From Schizochytrium sp. TIO01 (Eukaryota > Protista > Bigyra: Labyrinthulomycetes), in contig SMSO01000035.1 in assembly GCA_004764695.1 (NCBI GenBank), forward strand, positions 2,926,040 to 2,990,039: a DNA stretch of 64,000 nt. Direction: 5' to 3'. The position numbers and the translations under genes were made by a program. This document shows positions 11,401 through 24,271 of the stretch, one piece after another; positions within the stretch are counted from its first letter, which is position 1; the number at the start of each line of letters is the position of its first letter. The notes under the pieces were generated by a model. It was not told the DNA's origin, made no database searches, and was given only the letters and a program-made list of their open reading frames with translations.

Positions 11401-14400
11401 TTAGATGCGTTAATCGTGCTTCTAACAAACGCTCTTGTTCTCTTTCATTCGTGTATTCACATTCGTTACAAAACGCAGCTATGACAGCTTTCGTGGAACC
11501 CCTAAAGAATTGTTCGAAAGGGTGTGTTCTCCTGGAGAGGATATTTACTCCTCATCAGAGACCGATTTCTGTGCCTCGAAGAGTGAGCAAGATGGCATAT
11601 ATGGGTAAGTTCATGCGTTTTTTTGTTTGGGATCGTGTGATCATTCATTCCACAAATTGTGTTGTTGAGATATTTTGGAGATCCTAACTTTTTTGCTTTT
11701 GCCTCTGCTGGTTCTCTCTGTGTCTCCATAGACTTGCGAAGCTATCTTTAGATGCGGTCATCGTTATTCTATCAAGTACTGTTATTCTCTTTCGTTCGTT
11801 TTTTTATTCGTTTACAAGACGCAGTCTCTATGATGCATATTTGTCTTTTAAAGAATTGTTCGAAAGGGTGCGTTCTCCTGGAGAGAACATATCTGGGTAA
11901 GTTCATGCGTTTTTTGTTAGGGATCGTGTGATCATTCATTCCACAAATTGTGTTGTTGAGATATTTTGGAGATCCTAACTTTTGCTTCTGCCTCTGTTGC
12001 TGCTTCAAATGTCTTCACTTTGCTCGTTTGTTTACGTCTTCTTGTCCACCTCAGAGAACGGCCGGATGGAGGGAGCGTGAGTTTCGCTGATGTGGTGCAG
12101 CTTGCCAAAAAAGTCTCGGACTTGCGCGCGGACCCAGGCGGGGTCAGAGAAAACTCCCTGCAGACTGGGATTGCCTTGCTTGAGGAATTCGTAGGACCGG
12201 CGATCCAGGGCTACTTTGGCCAAGTGAAGTTGCAACAGCTTTCCGCTGACATCAAGAACTCCAAAGAGGGTCTTGACGCACTACAAGGCCAGATTCGTGC
12301 AAGCTCTGCTGATGACTTGTCCAGCCTCATCGAAAAGCGGAACGCCGAACGAAGTCGCCTGCATTCGCTTTTGCAGGTTGTGTACCCATGGGTTCGCGCA
12401 AAACTTTGCGAAAGTGATGAAGATATAGGGCGAGAGTTCAAAGTGAAAGTCGAAAGTTTGGTAGATCATCTAAATATCAAACATGCGCCAGTCACGGAAG
12501 AGACCAGCACAGATGACTTTAAACACTGCCAAGAACTCGTTGTTCAGGCTGTCAAATGCGTCGAAGAGTATAAGAGGAGTGGAGAAGGCCAATCCAACAA
12601 CATTGGTGAACGAAGCCAACAAGCTGTAAAGCGCGTCATCTCTCGATTGTCTGAGCTGAAGCTTGGTGATGGATTATTGGTTGCCCTGAGGACACCGGAG
12701 CAGGCCATGGAGCTAAAACCGGAGTTGTCTGAACTTGAGCGTGCTCTTCAAGAAGAAATCGAAGCTCTACAAGGAGATATACTTCGTGCCCAATTGTCCG
12801 AAATACTTTGCGCAATAAGTGTAACATTTGCTCGATTTGAAGGATATTCTAAAAGTGCTGCGTTGAATGAAGCGAGCAAGTGCGCACCAGAAGAGCTCTC
12901 TGGACTGTATGACTATGTAGTACTGGGTTTGAAAGAACCTTCTGTCTCAGATGTTGAAGCATTATACCAGAAACTCGACAAGTCAAGGAAAGCCACAGAA
13001 AGATTGAAAATCGCCGAAGCAGAACTAGTGGCTGAGGACCTGGATGAGGAAGATCAAGCATATTTTAGAAATAGAATGAAAAACCAAGAGCTCATTCTCT
13101 CTCAAGGCAACCCTATCGACCTTAGCAAAGCTTTTCGTCATAAGCTTGCTGAGACTCTGCAACACGCGCAGGAACATTATCCAGAGTTGCTGCAAGATAG
13201 AGCCTGGCTGGAAAGGCTTCACGTAAGTGCAGAGGGTGTTTTTGAAGTAGCATGTTCTGACCTTTGGTTGACGAATGTCACAGCCGCGGACTTCAAGCCT
13301 GTCCGCGAACCCCTTGCTTCCAGAGGTGGCAAGAGAGTACAAAAGGTTCTTGACAACGTTGGTAAAACTATGGTTTTGAAACAATTTCAACTCGGCCATT
13401 CGAGCCAACACAAAATATTTTACAGGCAAGCTGCAAATATGGGAAACGTGGTGTCTCAGCACGTGATACGTATCACTGGCGCTTTTGTGGATACCTCTAA
13501 TGGAGAACCGCGTGGATGTATCCTCATGCCTTTCTACGAGCAAGGTGACCTTGCCAAGTGGATTGAGAGTCATCCTAACGAAGGCAAAGCAGTGCGCGAC
13601 CGACTTGCTATGGGCCTGCTTATCGGTGTGGCGGATTTGCATACCCATGGCATTGTGCATTGTGATATCAAACCAGAAAACATTTTTCTCACAAGCAACG
13701 GGACACCATTGATCGGCGACTTTGACGGCATCAAGGTTGCAGACTACACTGCAACTTACACATCACTCCAGGCAACGCCACGGTACGTTGCCCCCGAGTT
13801 GCAGAATGGGCCTGTAGATAGGTTTGAAACAGCGATGGATATGTACTCTGTGGGCATAAGCTTAAAGGAGCTGTATCCTACTGAGCGAACCGCTGCAATG
13901 CAGAAACTTATCGATGCTCTTACAGCAACAGACCCTGGCCAGCGTCCAACTGCTCACCAAGCACTCCAACATGAAGCTTTTGGAGCTCCTAAGATCCCTG
14001 TCAAGATATGTCTAGTATGCATGGAGGAGCATCTGCTTTCCGAGGGCACGAGCTGCGAGGAGGGAGACTTCCTTTGCAGAGACTGTATCAAATCTGCAGT
14101 AGAAGCGGCGGCACAGCCACTTGCTAACGTAAGAGTGGATGCTGATGGAACGATGACATGTATGAAACCTGAATGTGGGGGAAGAATATCAGGTCAAGAA
14201 ATCACTCGTCTTGCACCAACAGCTTTGAATCATCTTTTGTTGATTGCGAAGATGAAGGCAGAAAATGAAGCAGCAGTTTGGGCGGAGAAGGAGATTCAAA
14301 GGCGCATAGCAGAAGTTTTGCGTGCAGATGAACAGAATCGCGACGCACAACGGCATTTACTCCATATTCAAGAGAAGATCTTGAGCACATGTTGTCCGAA

Positions 14401-14743
14401 CTGTAAGGCATATGTACACGATTTTGCCGGTTGCTGCGCTGTAAAGTGTGGTACTGATACTTGTGGTCATCACTTCTGCGCTTGGTGTCTTGAGTTTAGT
14501 TCTCAGAATTCACGAGCTTGTCATGCTCATGTGAGAACTTGCTTGAAAAAGCTTGGGCAAGATCCATTTTTTCCTGATTCATTTCAGCAGGTTCGTGAGG
14601 CGTGGCAGTTGCTCCGCGCAGAACGTCTGCGTGAGTACTGGAATGCACAAATTCAGGATAGAAATCTTCGACTCGTTCTGAGAGAGTTATTGTCACCTTT
14701 GCTAACACCAGATATTGTTGGCGCAAACTTTAGATTGGAATAA
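8451..14743 (+). CDS. LRR - helical linker - Ser/Thr protein kinase - RING/RBR-like protein, copy B1 (7 LRR exons, ~1175 aa spliced)
   Basis: Exon 1 is 8451-8503 (MTTAYKIEDITEATTKI, then GTAAGT). 84-nt LRR exons lie at 8681-8764, 9104-9187, 9532-9615, 9960-10043, 10382-10465, 10803-10886 and 11223-11306. Probable phase-2 linker exons are 11479-11604 and 11825-11896, and the terminal exon is 12055-14743. All junctions are phase 2 and in frame. Confidence 0.85.
8681..11306 (+). repeat. Tandem array of 420-428 bp units (84-nt LRR exon + ~340-nt intron), 7 exons
   Basis: Recurring tactcacag|TCTT...GGCGCAAAGGCCGTCGCAAAGGCACTCGAGGGATGCAAGAACC...|gtacgtttgtgg. Confidence 0.95.
12055..14743 (+). CDS. 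Terminal exon of B1: helical/coiled region, protein kinase (~13300-13985), RING-like (~14008-14177) and RING2/Rcat(IBR)-like (~14389-14543) domains
   Basis: Lies within ORF 11966-14743. Kinase motifs: VLK, HCDIKPEN, GDFDG, ATPRYVAPE, DMYSVG. Cys motifs: CLVC...C...LCRDC...CMKPEC and CPNC...DFAGCCAVKC...CGHHFCAWC. Acceptor is cacctcag|A. Confidence 0.9.
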
Positions 14744-16192
14744 ACTAATCGAATTTTAAATGATTATCTTTTGCTTAAGCGCCGTTGACTAGAATGCAAA
14801 AAAGCAACTGCTCTCTGCCCATAGACTTTGACAATGGGCCTTGTCAGCAGTTCCTGAATATTAATTCTAACTTTTATTTTCCTTCATTTCTCTACCTACA
14901 CTATCTCTTGGTGATCGCCTCACGCTAACTTGCAATATACCTCTAAGAGGGAAACACACATATTTAAGCAACATGTGCTGAGAGTGTCAACGAAAGTGTT
15001 AAGCGGTTTACTTCTCCCACGAGATCTCTGTGATGGTGTCCCACTGAAGATTGTTTTGTTCTACAAACACACATTAAGGATTCTGTTCGAGTCAGTTTCA
15101 AAGCAGTTGAGACACATGTGAGTACACAGCCAAACAGAATGCGCACAACCGTGCTTGGCTAGTCTCTTCATTTGCTTTTATACGCACTTCTCGTTATAGT
15201 AAACTTTGTAACACGAGATATTATTAACTCATTAGGAATAGTAGCGCCCAGTAACTTTCTTTCTTGTCTCCAGCTTGGGGAATTATCTCGTTGATGTTTC
15301 CTAGGAAATACACAAATGCAAGCTTAATCCTGAACGTAGAACATCTTGCATCTGTGACAGGAAGAATCTTCAGAAGGAGAGAGTCGAACTATATCGGTGA
15401 GATTCGGACACGCAAAGGAACATATTGAAGTGAACAAGTGTGACCTTTCCTTCTACCACAGAACGGCAAACCATGCAAGAAACAACAAGTATACCAGTTT
15501 CAATTTTTTTTATTTTTTTTTTTTCTGACCTGCATTAACTCAATAATGCGGAACACCACAACTAAAGAACATTGTAAAGATTCATTTTTTTTCTAAATGT
15601 ATTAATTTAAAACTGTGCAAACTAGACTAAATCAACTACTTATAACCATTAACCTATGCAAGACAGCTTTAGAATTCTCAATCATGGCGGATAACTTCGT
15701 GCTAGGGAAAGAAATATGAAGCATTTCTTGACTATGCACACGATTTGTAATATGCACAGAATAAATAATCGAATGCTCGAAATGCGTGTGTTTCAACTCA
15801 ACCAGGAGGGTAGAGGACCTACAGCTTTACTAATCTTATCGAATTGCCTTGCAAACTCATTTTGAGGCTTGCTTTGTGCCCTTCCCTCCCTGACATAGAC
15901 GCATCACTATGTTGACTGACGCTTCAACATGATCTGGTCATGAAGGTGTTCCTTTGAGCCTTGCGAAGTCATGGCGTCAGTTTTCCTTCTCACTAACTTT
16001 ACTGTTGCTCGGCATCAGCTTGTATTTCAACAAAGGCAAATAAAGCACTCTATAACAGAAAGCCTGCAAGGAAGCTTTTGCCTTCATGGCAGGCCAGAGA
16101 GACTCGAAGGAAAGCTACTTTCTGCGTTGTTTCTTTTTATAGAATGAAATAAAGGTCTGGAGTATAAATGCTAGAGTTCGACTTACTTGTTC

Positions 16193-16311
16193 ACATTCGA
16201 TCATACCACGCGGGTAACACCTCATCTCATTCGCACTGAGAAGTAAAGTCGCGTAGGGCCGGGTCAGTAGTATGATAGGGGACTGCATGCGAAGCCCCGG
16301 TGTTGAATGTT
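16193..16311 (+). rRNA. 5S rRNA
   Basis: Same sequence as 7105-7223, with a poly-T terminator. Confidence 0.93.
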
Positions 16312-19300
16312 TTTTACCTCTTTTCCCCCCCAAACCAATCATTTTTGGTACTTTGATATAAATCACTAATAATTGAGCAGTGATATCAGTTTTCCACACA
16401 AAGCGAGGTTAATCTGTTCATTTTTGACATACGTACTGGTGTCGTTGGCTTACTATCAACATTCCTGAATAATAAAAATGATAGGGAATCACAAAATTGA
16501 TGTATTCTTTTTTTTGCAATGCATTCTAAATTAGGCACAAAGAGATAAATAAACAAAATCACTTTGCATTAATGAATGATCTACTAGGGAAAGTCAGGGG
16601 CAGCAGTTGCATTCTCTGTAAAGCACGTTTGCAGAAACAAATGAAAACTACGCATAAAAATATCGGTAAATTGAATAGAAGATTCACAGGAAAAGGTCAC
16701 ACTTGCTTTTAAAAGGGCTCCTGCTTACCACAACTCTCAATCGCGAGATGTATATTGTTCATTTCAAACGCCATTCGCTGGCCCGAGAATTCATTTTTCA
16801 TCTTCTTCGTTTGCCCTGGTGGCGGACTCTCAAGGTAACAGTGCAGTAGTTGTAAGTTGAAGATACCCTTCAGCAAATTTAAGGAAATTTAATCTTCAGA
16901 AGCTTCCCTGAAGACATCCATCAATTACTACATTTCGAAACAAAGGCGGGTACCAGGGGCCCTGGCTTCAATCTACAGCCCCCTAAATTGATCTGGGATT
17001 CTGGAGGAGCAACTCTAGCCACAACGTGATTTACTATATTCTGCTTTTTATTTTATTGGTACTTTAGCATATATCTGCTACAAGGAACGTATTAACTAGC
17101 CCAATAAAGCAAAGCCATAACTTAACAATATAATTCAACGTTGTAATTGTTGCAACAGGACAATGCCAAAATATACTAGAGCTGATTGCTTTTCGTGCAC
17201 AGTGCGAAAGACACCGAGATTATTACACTCTATCACTATATGAAGCACTAGCGTATACATATGAACCAATTAAATGCACTACGTAATTCATGCCTGATTT
17301 AAGCATTTGTAATGGTGACTGCGGTGATTGTTTGTGCAGTGAAAGGTATTACACCATGAAGGAACCAAAATCAAAAACCTTATTTTCAAGTCTCTTATTG
17401 GCTTTTATCCAGGCCAAAATGTGCAGAGCATAAGAGTAAAAACCTCACAACCTCCAGGTCTAAAACCACTCGATATGGTGATATATTGATTTTTTTGTCA
17501 CCTATGAAGTCGCTCGTATTTGTAAAATAATTGTTTATTACTCTAGTGAGCAGCGAATTTCACAAACCCATAACCAAGAGCAAAACAGTCATATACTGAG
17601 ATGGACCAAGCTTATGAATCAGCATCGATTACTTTTTCCAGAGAACATGTATTTCCCTTGATGGCAGACCGGAGACCTTGCTTGTCAAAGCGGCGATGGT
17701 GGCACGAGCTCGAGCCTCGTCGAAGTCTCGCAGAGTCAAAGTTGCTGCGATCTGATGTCACAGCATCGTTCGTTTGGCGGCCAAGCAGAGGGAACCGGAA
17801 GCTACGTAGCCTCCAAGCGCAGGTAATCAACCCAGCATCTTTGCTAAAGCCAAGCGAACCACCCACTAAGGCCTACCTGCGCACGGCCGGAGCGCCTAGA
17901 GCAGTTTGATTCAAGTTCTGATGCTTTTCCTTTTGATCTTCCCACACTTCGTTAAAGAATAAAAATACAGAGTATAGTTTAATCTATCTAGAGCATTAGT
18001 TGATGATTTGTATAACTAGGACTAACAGAACCTTAGCGTCCTTGCAATTCTACTGTTGAGAACTGTTGAGAACTATGATTGCAAGCAACTACTTTACCTA
18101 CACTAACGTCAGAACAAAATCTTGTATGTTTTGATTGCGCAGCATCTTGCTACTGCTCTTCTCTGAGTTGGAGAGGGGCTCTCTTCTTTTCTTTCGAAGC
18201 TGTACGATCACTGCAAACTTTGAAGTATTTAAGCTATGCGTATTAAATGCAGTGAATAATAAGTGCCTTCTCCCGAGCACATCACTGTCAAAGATTAGGT
18301 TGCAAATCATTCGATAGCTGCTTCTTTATATATTTTATGGTGTGATCTCACAAAATGCGTTTTTGTTTTTTTCCTTTATGAGCTCCTCTTTGTGGCATCT
18401 CCAGATTGACAAATGACCTTTCTTAGCCATGAAAAAGGCTAGTTACAAAATAAGCACATTCGTAATTCTTTGCGCAATTCCTTATTGCACTGTTTTCCCC
18501 TTCAAAACAGGTTTTCTATTTCGATTTTTTCGAAAAGCAAAGGGTAATTTGATGTGCAGGCACGAAGCGTACTTACCATACATTTGACTAGTATTTCCGG
18601 TTGCCAGAAGACTTGCTTCGAAATTGCTGCAGCATATTGTATTTCGAACATTCTGGAATCTATTATAAATATTTTGAACCTGTGTCGGAGGAGGGATGGG
18701 AGGATAGCTGGAAAGCAGGTACAGTGTCTAAAATGAAAATTAACTCTAGCGTCATCGGTAATTTAACTCCATTTTAAACACCTATTCTCTGTTATAGTTA
18801 GCTTCTCACACTAAGATAGAAGAAAAAAAGAGGCATTTTTACCCTGCCTCAGGGTAGAACGGGAATAGAACCCGTTTTATATACATGAACCAAAGCTACC
18901 CACATGAAAACGGGAAGGAGGGACCAAGATCCAAAAATCCTCCTTCTATGTAGGTTCTGTCGCTTGCAGCAAGCTCCATGACATCGTTTTTAATCAATAT
19001 TCTTATGCACACAGGCATCCTGTTAAATTCTGCTATAACACTGGAGAACCTTTGTATAAAGTACATGATTGTTGATTCAGAGTCTTATGAAAATTTGTAT
19101 TACTTGCCTTCATCGGACGTACATCACTTGAGACAAATTTAAATTGAGCTTGCCTCCAGCAAAAGCAACCCTAATTTTTTTTTTAACGAGACTCAGCAAA
19201 ACGAAAGCTTGACTTTGCTAAGGTTGCCCAAAACATTCGCAAAATGGCCCGATATTTTTTTTTGATAGATGAGGTCATACAAAAAGTCTACTCTCTAAGG

Positions 19301-21630
19301 AAGCACAATTTTGATAATTTCTTTGCACAACAGAGCTCTCCCGTCGAACAAATCTACATCATCACCATACTACAGAGTGCTCTGAGCATGGAACCATACT
19401 GCAGAGTGCTCTGAGCACGGAACTTTGAAAGACAAACGTGATTCATAGAATGCCATGCTGCAGCAAACAGCGTTGAACAGATTTATAACCAATTTGAAAA
19501 TGCTTAACGAGCTTTAAAAATATGGGTTTCGGAAAGTTCACACATCAATGATTCATTTGGATTGAGCTTCTACACAGCAAGTCGGCTTGTCACCTGTCTA
19601 AGTAGTTGCGCCTATACTATTGTGCAACCCTTTATCTGGAAATGCTCTATTTTGTACAGCAGCAAACTCGTTAAGACTCGTTAAGTCTCTAAAAGATCTC
19701 ATTCAGGCTACATCAACAATTTCTGTCAATTTAAAATTTGCCATTGCAGATACTTTTACTCTTTTAAACTTATAAAGATTAAAAACAAAAATGTATTAAA
19801 ACAGAAAATAAAATTGTTTTGTTTTAGTTAAACTTTTACTTTAGGTTTAACATCTTTAACTTTTCAAAATAAAAAGTTAAACAATGAGTTTTTGGTGTTT
19901 TGTTTGTTTTTAGATCGTACCTTGAACTATTTTAAAACTGCATCCATTCCATACTTATCAGTACTCTCACTGATAGAGAAAAGTAAAACATGTCTTGTAG
20001 ATTAGTTTAGTGGTAAGAAATGTTTTACAAGGAGTTAAATTATTATGGCAAGTGGGATGAAGTTACCGAGGCTGGAAGATCTCACACAGTGAATTCCGAC
20101 CTTTGCGAATATATTTCAGTCCTTCACGAGAAGCAAATGAAAATTGTCTTGTTCTTGCAAGAATCATATGAAAGGACCACTGAGGGATGGTGCTTCATTG
20201 AATTCCGGCAATAAATTTAGACTATCTGAATGTTCATTTACTTTCCAAGCTTGAAGCAAAACAATAACATAATCGATCAAACGCTAGTGGACGTTTTTGT
20301 TCTTGTACATAACGTATTATTATGCTCAAAATAAACTAAACAAAGCATTCATTATGCATTAGTAACACCTTGTGTATAATTTGTGATGTAATTGTTGATC
20401 GTGTAGTTAATGACCGTAAGATGAGAACAAGCAATCCACGCAAATACGGTGTCTCCATGCCAAGAGGTACCGTGAAGAATACGTTGCAGGAGAACATATG
20501 TATTTGACGTTGAAAAGCGTTGCAATGAATACTCTCGATGGGATACGGCATCTTGATATGCTTCACCAATTCATTTTGCTATTAATAGAATGATTAGTGT
20601 TAGAAACCACTTTAAATAATAACAAAAATTAATTTAAACTAAAACAAAGACATTTATTGAAATAAGTTTTTAAATATAATTGAAACTAGAAATTTTGATT
20701 TAATTTGTCTTAATATATTTCTTCAATTAAATTATTTTTAAAAGTATCGTTATCATCTAAATATACAATTATTCCAAATCGAAGAGTATAATGACAATGT
20801 GGTGCTCCATAAAGCGTCGCGTCCAATTATACAATACACAGTAACCATTGGGCAGCGTGCGGCCAACAAATCTGAGAGGCCATTTCGATTATGACGCTTC
20901 TATTTTAGATCGCAAAGGTCATAGCCTCATGAGTATCTTCATGTTTCAATTTTTCAAAGCAGCATGCATTCCTTTCTACTACACACCTTCATCACCATCG
21001 TTGCTCCACATATTGTCGTAACAGATATCTTGAAATACCTGACATTGCAGTAAACTTGAGGTAAGGCCAACTTCACCGTATTGGGTGACTTTCTCTTTCC
21101 ACTTCAGCAATTTGACACATCTGTAATGACCAATTTATGAATGTACGAATCGTTTTATTCAGACCCCGCTCTTCGGTTTTAAAATGAAGATCAATTACAT
21201 TCTTTTAAGTTAGAAGTTTCTTTTCTTCACTTTCATTTTATTAAATTAAGTTTACCTCTTTTCTTTTAAAAAAAATGAGAATTCTATTATAATATTTGTT
21301 TTAATTTACAAGAAAAGGGGTATTAAATAAACCTTCTTCAAGTGAAAAACTTTATTATATTTTAAGAGAACTCTCAACCAATCATCGTGCAGTGGCTCGC
21401 TTCTTTACGCCCACGTGCCTTGTAGAGGGCAAAAGGGTCGTTAGCTAAAATGGACTTCAAAACTTTTCATCCTTGTGCAAATTATTTATGCCAATATGTA
21501 AATTTGATTTTGCTTAAAGTAACGGTCAGCTTGAAACTTTTGTGCAAGAAAGTTTCCCCAAGGGTCAGGGCAGAGTGTGAGGAAAACATATTTTTGACAG
21601 CAACAAGTCTCGCTTTCAACTTAGCAAGTT

Positions 21631-21704
21631 GTCTCCGTGGCCAAGTTGGATAAGGTGCCTGACTACGAATCAGGAGATCGTGGGTTCAAGTCCCGCCGGA
21701 GATT
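21631..21704 (+). tRNA. tRNA-Arg(ACG)
   Basis: Cloverleaf GTCTCCG...cctga-ct-ACG-aa-tcagg...GGTTCAAGTCC...CGGAGAT. Confidence 0.93.
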
Positions 21705-22482
21705 CTGGAGCCCAAAGTGTATTTCTTTTTGTTTTAGAGAAAGTAACTGTGGGATCAGATGCTTGACCTGCGTTTTAGTTTTGCCAAAGCAAAACCACGG
21801 AAACTCGTACAGGAAGTAAATAAATTCCTGTTTATATCCTTGCGAAATTTGTTTGTAAGCTAATCGATTCTCCATGTTCTCTAAAAATGCTATGGTTTTA
21901 AACAGCACAGCACTACTTTTACAGCAAATCATCAAGACCTTACTTTGAAACTGTGTACACTCAAACGTATAACTGTACATTAGTCTAATTCAAGCATCCG
22001 AGGGAAAACAGAACCGATTATTCAAATTGTAGAAATCAAAATCATAGAATTATTATGATAAAAATGAAGAGGCCTTCAACAAGTGCCAAGGAAAGAACTG
22101 CCAAAGAACGTTTAGCTTAATCAGCGATGCCTTGCAGAAGTGTAGATCAAACCGGAGATACTTGTGTAGTACATAGAACTCTAAACCCCAACGTAATCAG
22201 CCAGACTGTAGAGTGTCTTTCCGAATACTGTCTCCTCTCCTTTGGTTTGCAAGCTAGCAAGCATCGAAGGATAGCTTTTCCATTTTTGAAACATTCATTA
22301 AAAACATTCGATACATCAGTTGTCAGTATGAAAAAAGAATCATTAAAAAATGAACTGAACTTTCATTTATTGAACTTGTATATCAAGTACCCTCTTTTAA
22401 GTAAAATACACCGTAAGATATGAAGCGTATCAGTATGAAAAGAGACCAACAAAAATGTTAACCTCACTAATCTTGAGGTGAG

Positions 22483-22553
22483 TGCCTTCGCGCGGAATCG
22501 AACCACGGTCGTCACGGCCACAACGTGACGTTCTACCATTGAACTACGAAAGC
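22483..22553 (-). tRNA. tRNA-His(GTG)
   Basis: Reverse complement reads GCTTTCG...tcacg-tt-GTG-gc-cgtga...GGTTCGATTCC...CGAAGGCA. Confidence 0.92.
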
Positions 22554-22644
22554 GTTTGACTTTACTCCAGAAGGATTCGTAAAACCACATTTTGAATTCA
22601 TTATCAACAGAATCACAGCCTTTTAGCTTCAAAAACGCATTTAC

Positions 22645-22700
22645 TACTGTGAGTGGACCACGGCCTAAAGGTGGCACATTAACCGATCGGTCATCACAGC
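22645..22700 (-). pseudogene. tRNA-Leu pseudogene (variable arm and T-arm deleted)
   Basis: Matches both ends of the intact tRNA-Leu(AAG) at 61292-61370 but lacks ~23 nt and has substitutions in the anticodon arm. Confidence 0.8.
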
Positions 22701-23692
22701 TCAATGGACTATTGTCGGCCCAGGGGTACGACCTTAACATCAGTCAAGCATCAGCAAACACAACTTCCTTTGGCACAATTAATTATCATTTCACGGAATT
22801 AAATTACGACTGGTTTGTGGGGTTTATTTCCAGCTGAAGTCAGACCAAGGTTTGGTAAGAATATCAGATATAACTCTCATGATAAAATAGGATCTCCGTT
22901 GAGGCGATCGAGCCCAACCCAAGAGCAGCACGCACTATGGTTGGGCTAACTGCGATTCTTAAGAAAGAATACCAGTGTTTTGACGCTCCTAATTCCCTTG
23001 GCATAAAAAACTTGCTTTGATTCTCAACACACAAAACAAACTTCAGATAAAACCAGTTTCCTCTGATTCAAGAACATTAGATAAATAAAATTAAGAATTT
23101 TCAAGATCAGCAGGGTTATAAGCTGCCAGAACGAGCAGCATATCCAATGCATAAGGTTAATACCCATATTGCTTTGCCTATCCATGCGTTGGACCTTTCT
23201 TAGCTTGCTCAGTTCAAAAAGAAAAACTTTTCAAAGCTTATCCTAGCTATCGCCGGGGGTCACTCTAAGAAAATACTTCAAAAACCCATTCTTCTAACAA
23301 ACAAAAAAAGGGAGTTCCACCAGTCTCTCACCTACTCTGTATAGAGTATAGCAAGAACTAATGAAACTCCCTTTCTACTTCATCACCATCGCGTTTCTTT
23401 ATCTAAACTCTATCCCTCCTAATCACCTTCCCGATAATATACTATCCAACTCCAAGGCCCCACCTTTCCATACCAAACTCTCCATAATCAACTTCTCACA
23501 TCATCTAGTTCTCATTTCAAATTAGCCTATTGTTTCATCTAACAACCGACTAACCTTCCTCGTTCCCTGCCCTTATATGATATCCAAGAAGAACTTCATC
23601 CCCAAATCATCTCAAATCACACCTCCTCTGGGAGTCACCAACAATAAAATAATAAAAATAGAGAAAAGAAAAATATACCTATCAAAGGCATA

Positions 23693-24070
23693 ACAGATCA
23701 ACGGAACGAAGGCCAAACCTCAGCAGATCGTAGGGCAAGGCCTACTCTCATGCTTACAGTACCCCGTCCAAGCTAAGTCGTCTACAAAGGATCTCTTGCT
23801 TGATTCGTTGAAATTGTGATGAGAGAAAGCACTGATTTTGACAGCACTGATTTCAATCGGTTTACAAAAAATTGTATAGATACTCGTAGTAACTAATCAA
23901 GCATGTAATATCATCGCCTTCAGCATCGTTTCGGACTTAGAGGCGTTCAGCCCTGAACGAACGCATGATAGCTTTGCGGCATTGACTTTTCAGACAACCG
24001 CGTTACCAATGATGCGGTCCAAAGGTTCCTCTCGTACTAACCTGAACTACTGGTACGACAACAACTTCAT

Positions 24071-24126
<56 letters not shown>

Positions 24127-24171
24127 TTAACGGGTGAACAATCCGACCATTGCGCCCTTCTGCAAGCGCAG

Positions 24172-24205
<34 letters not shown>

Positions 24206-24228
24206 AACGTCGCTATGAACGCTTGGCT

Positions 24229-24271
<43 letters not shown>

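Noticed and set aside
11966-12054. Hydrophobic N-terminus of the 925-aa ORF as a signal peptide
   Set aside because: The ORF starts at TTG within a pyrimidine-rich intron end. The acceptor at 12054 joins in phase to the upstream exons.
18841-18880. tRNA T-arm-like fragment (cgggaatagaacccg); a similar hint at ~22893-22950
   Set aside because: I could not build a complete cloverleaf.
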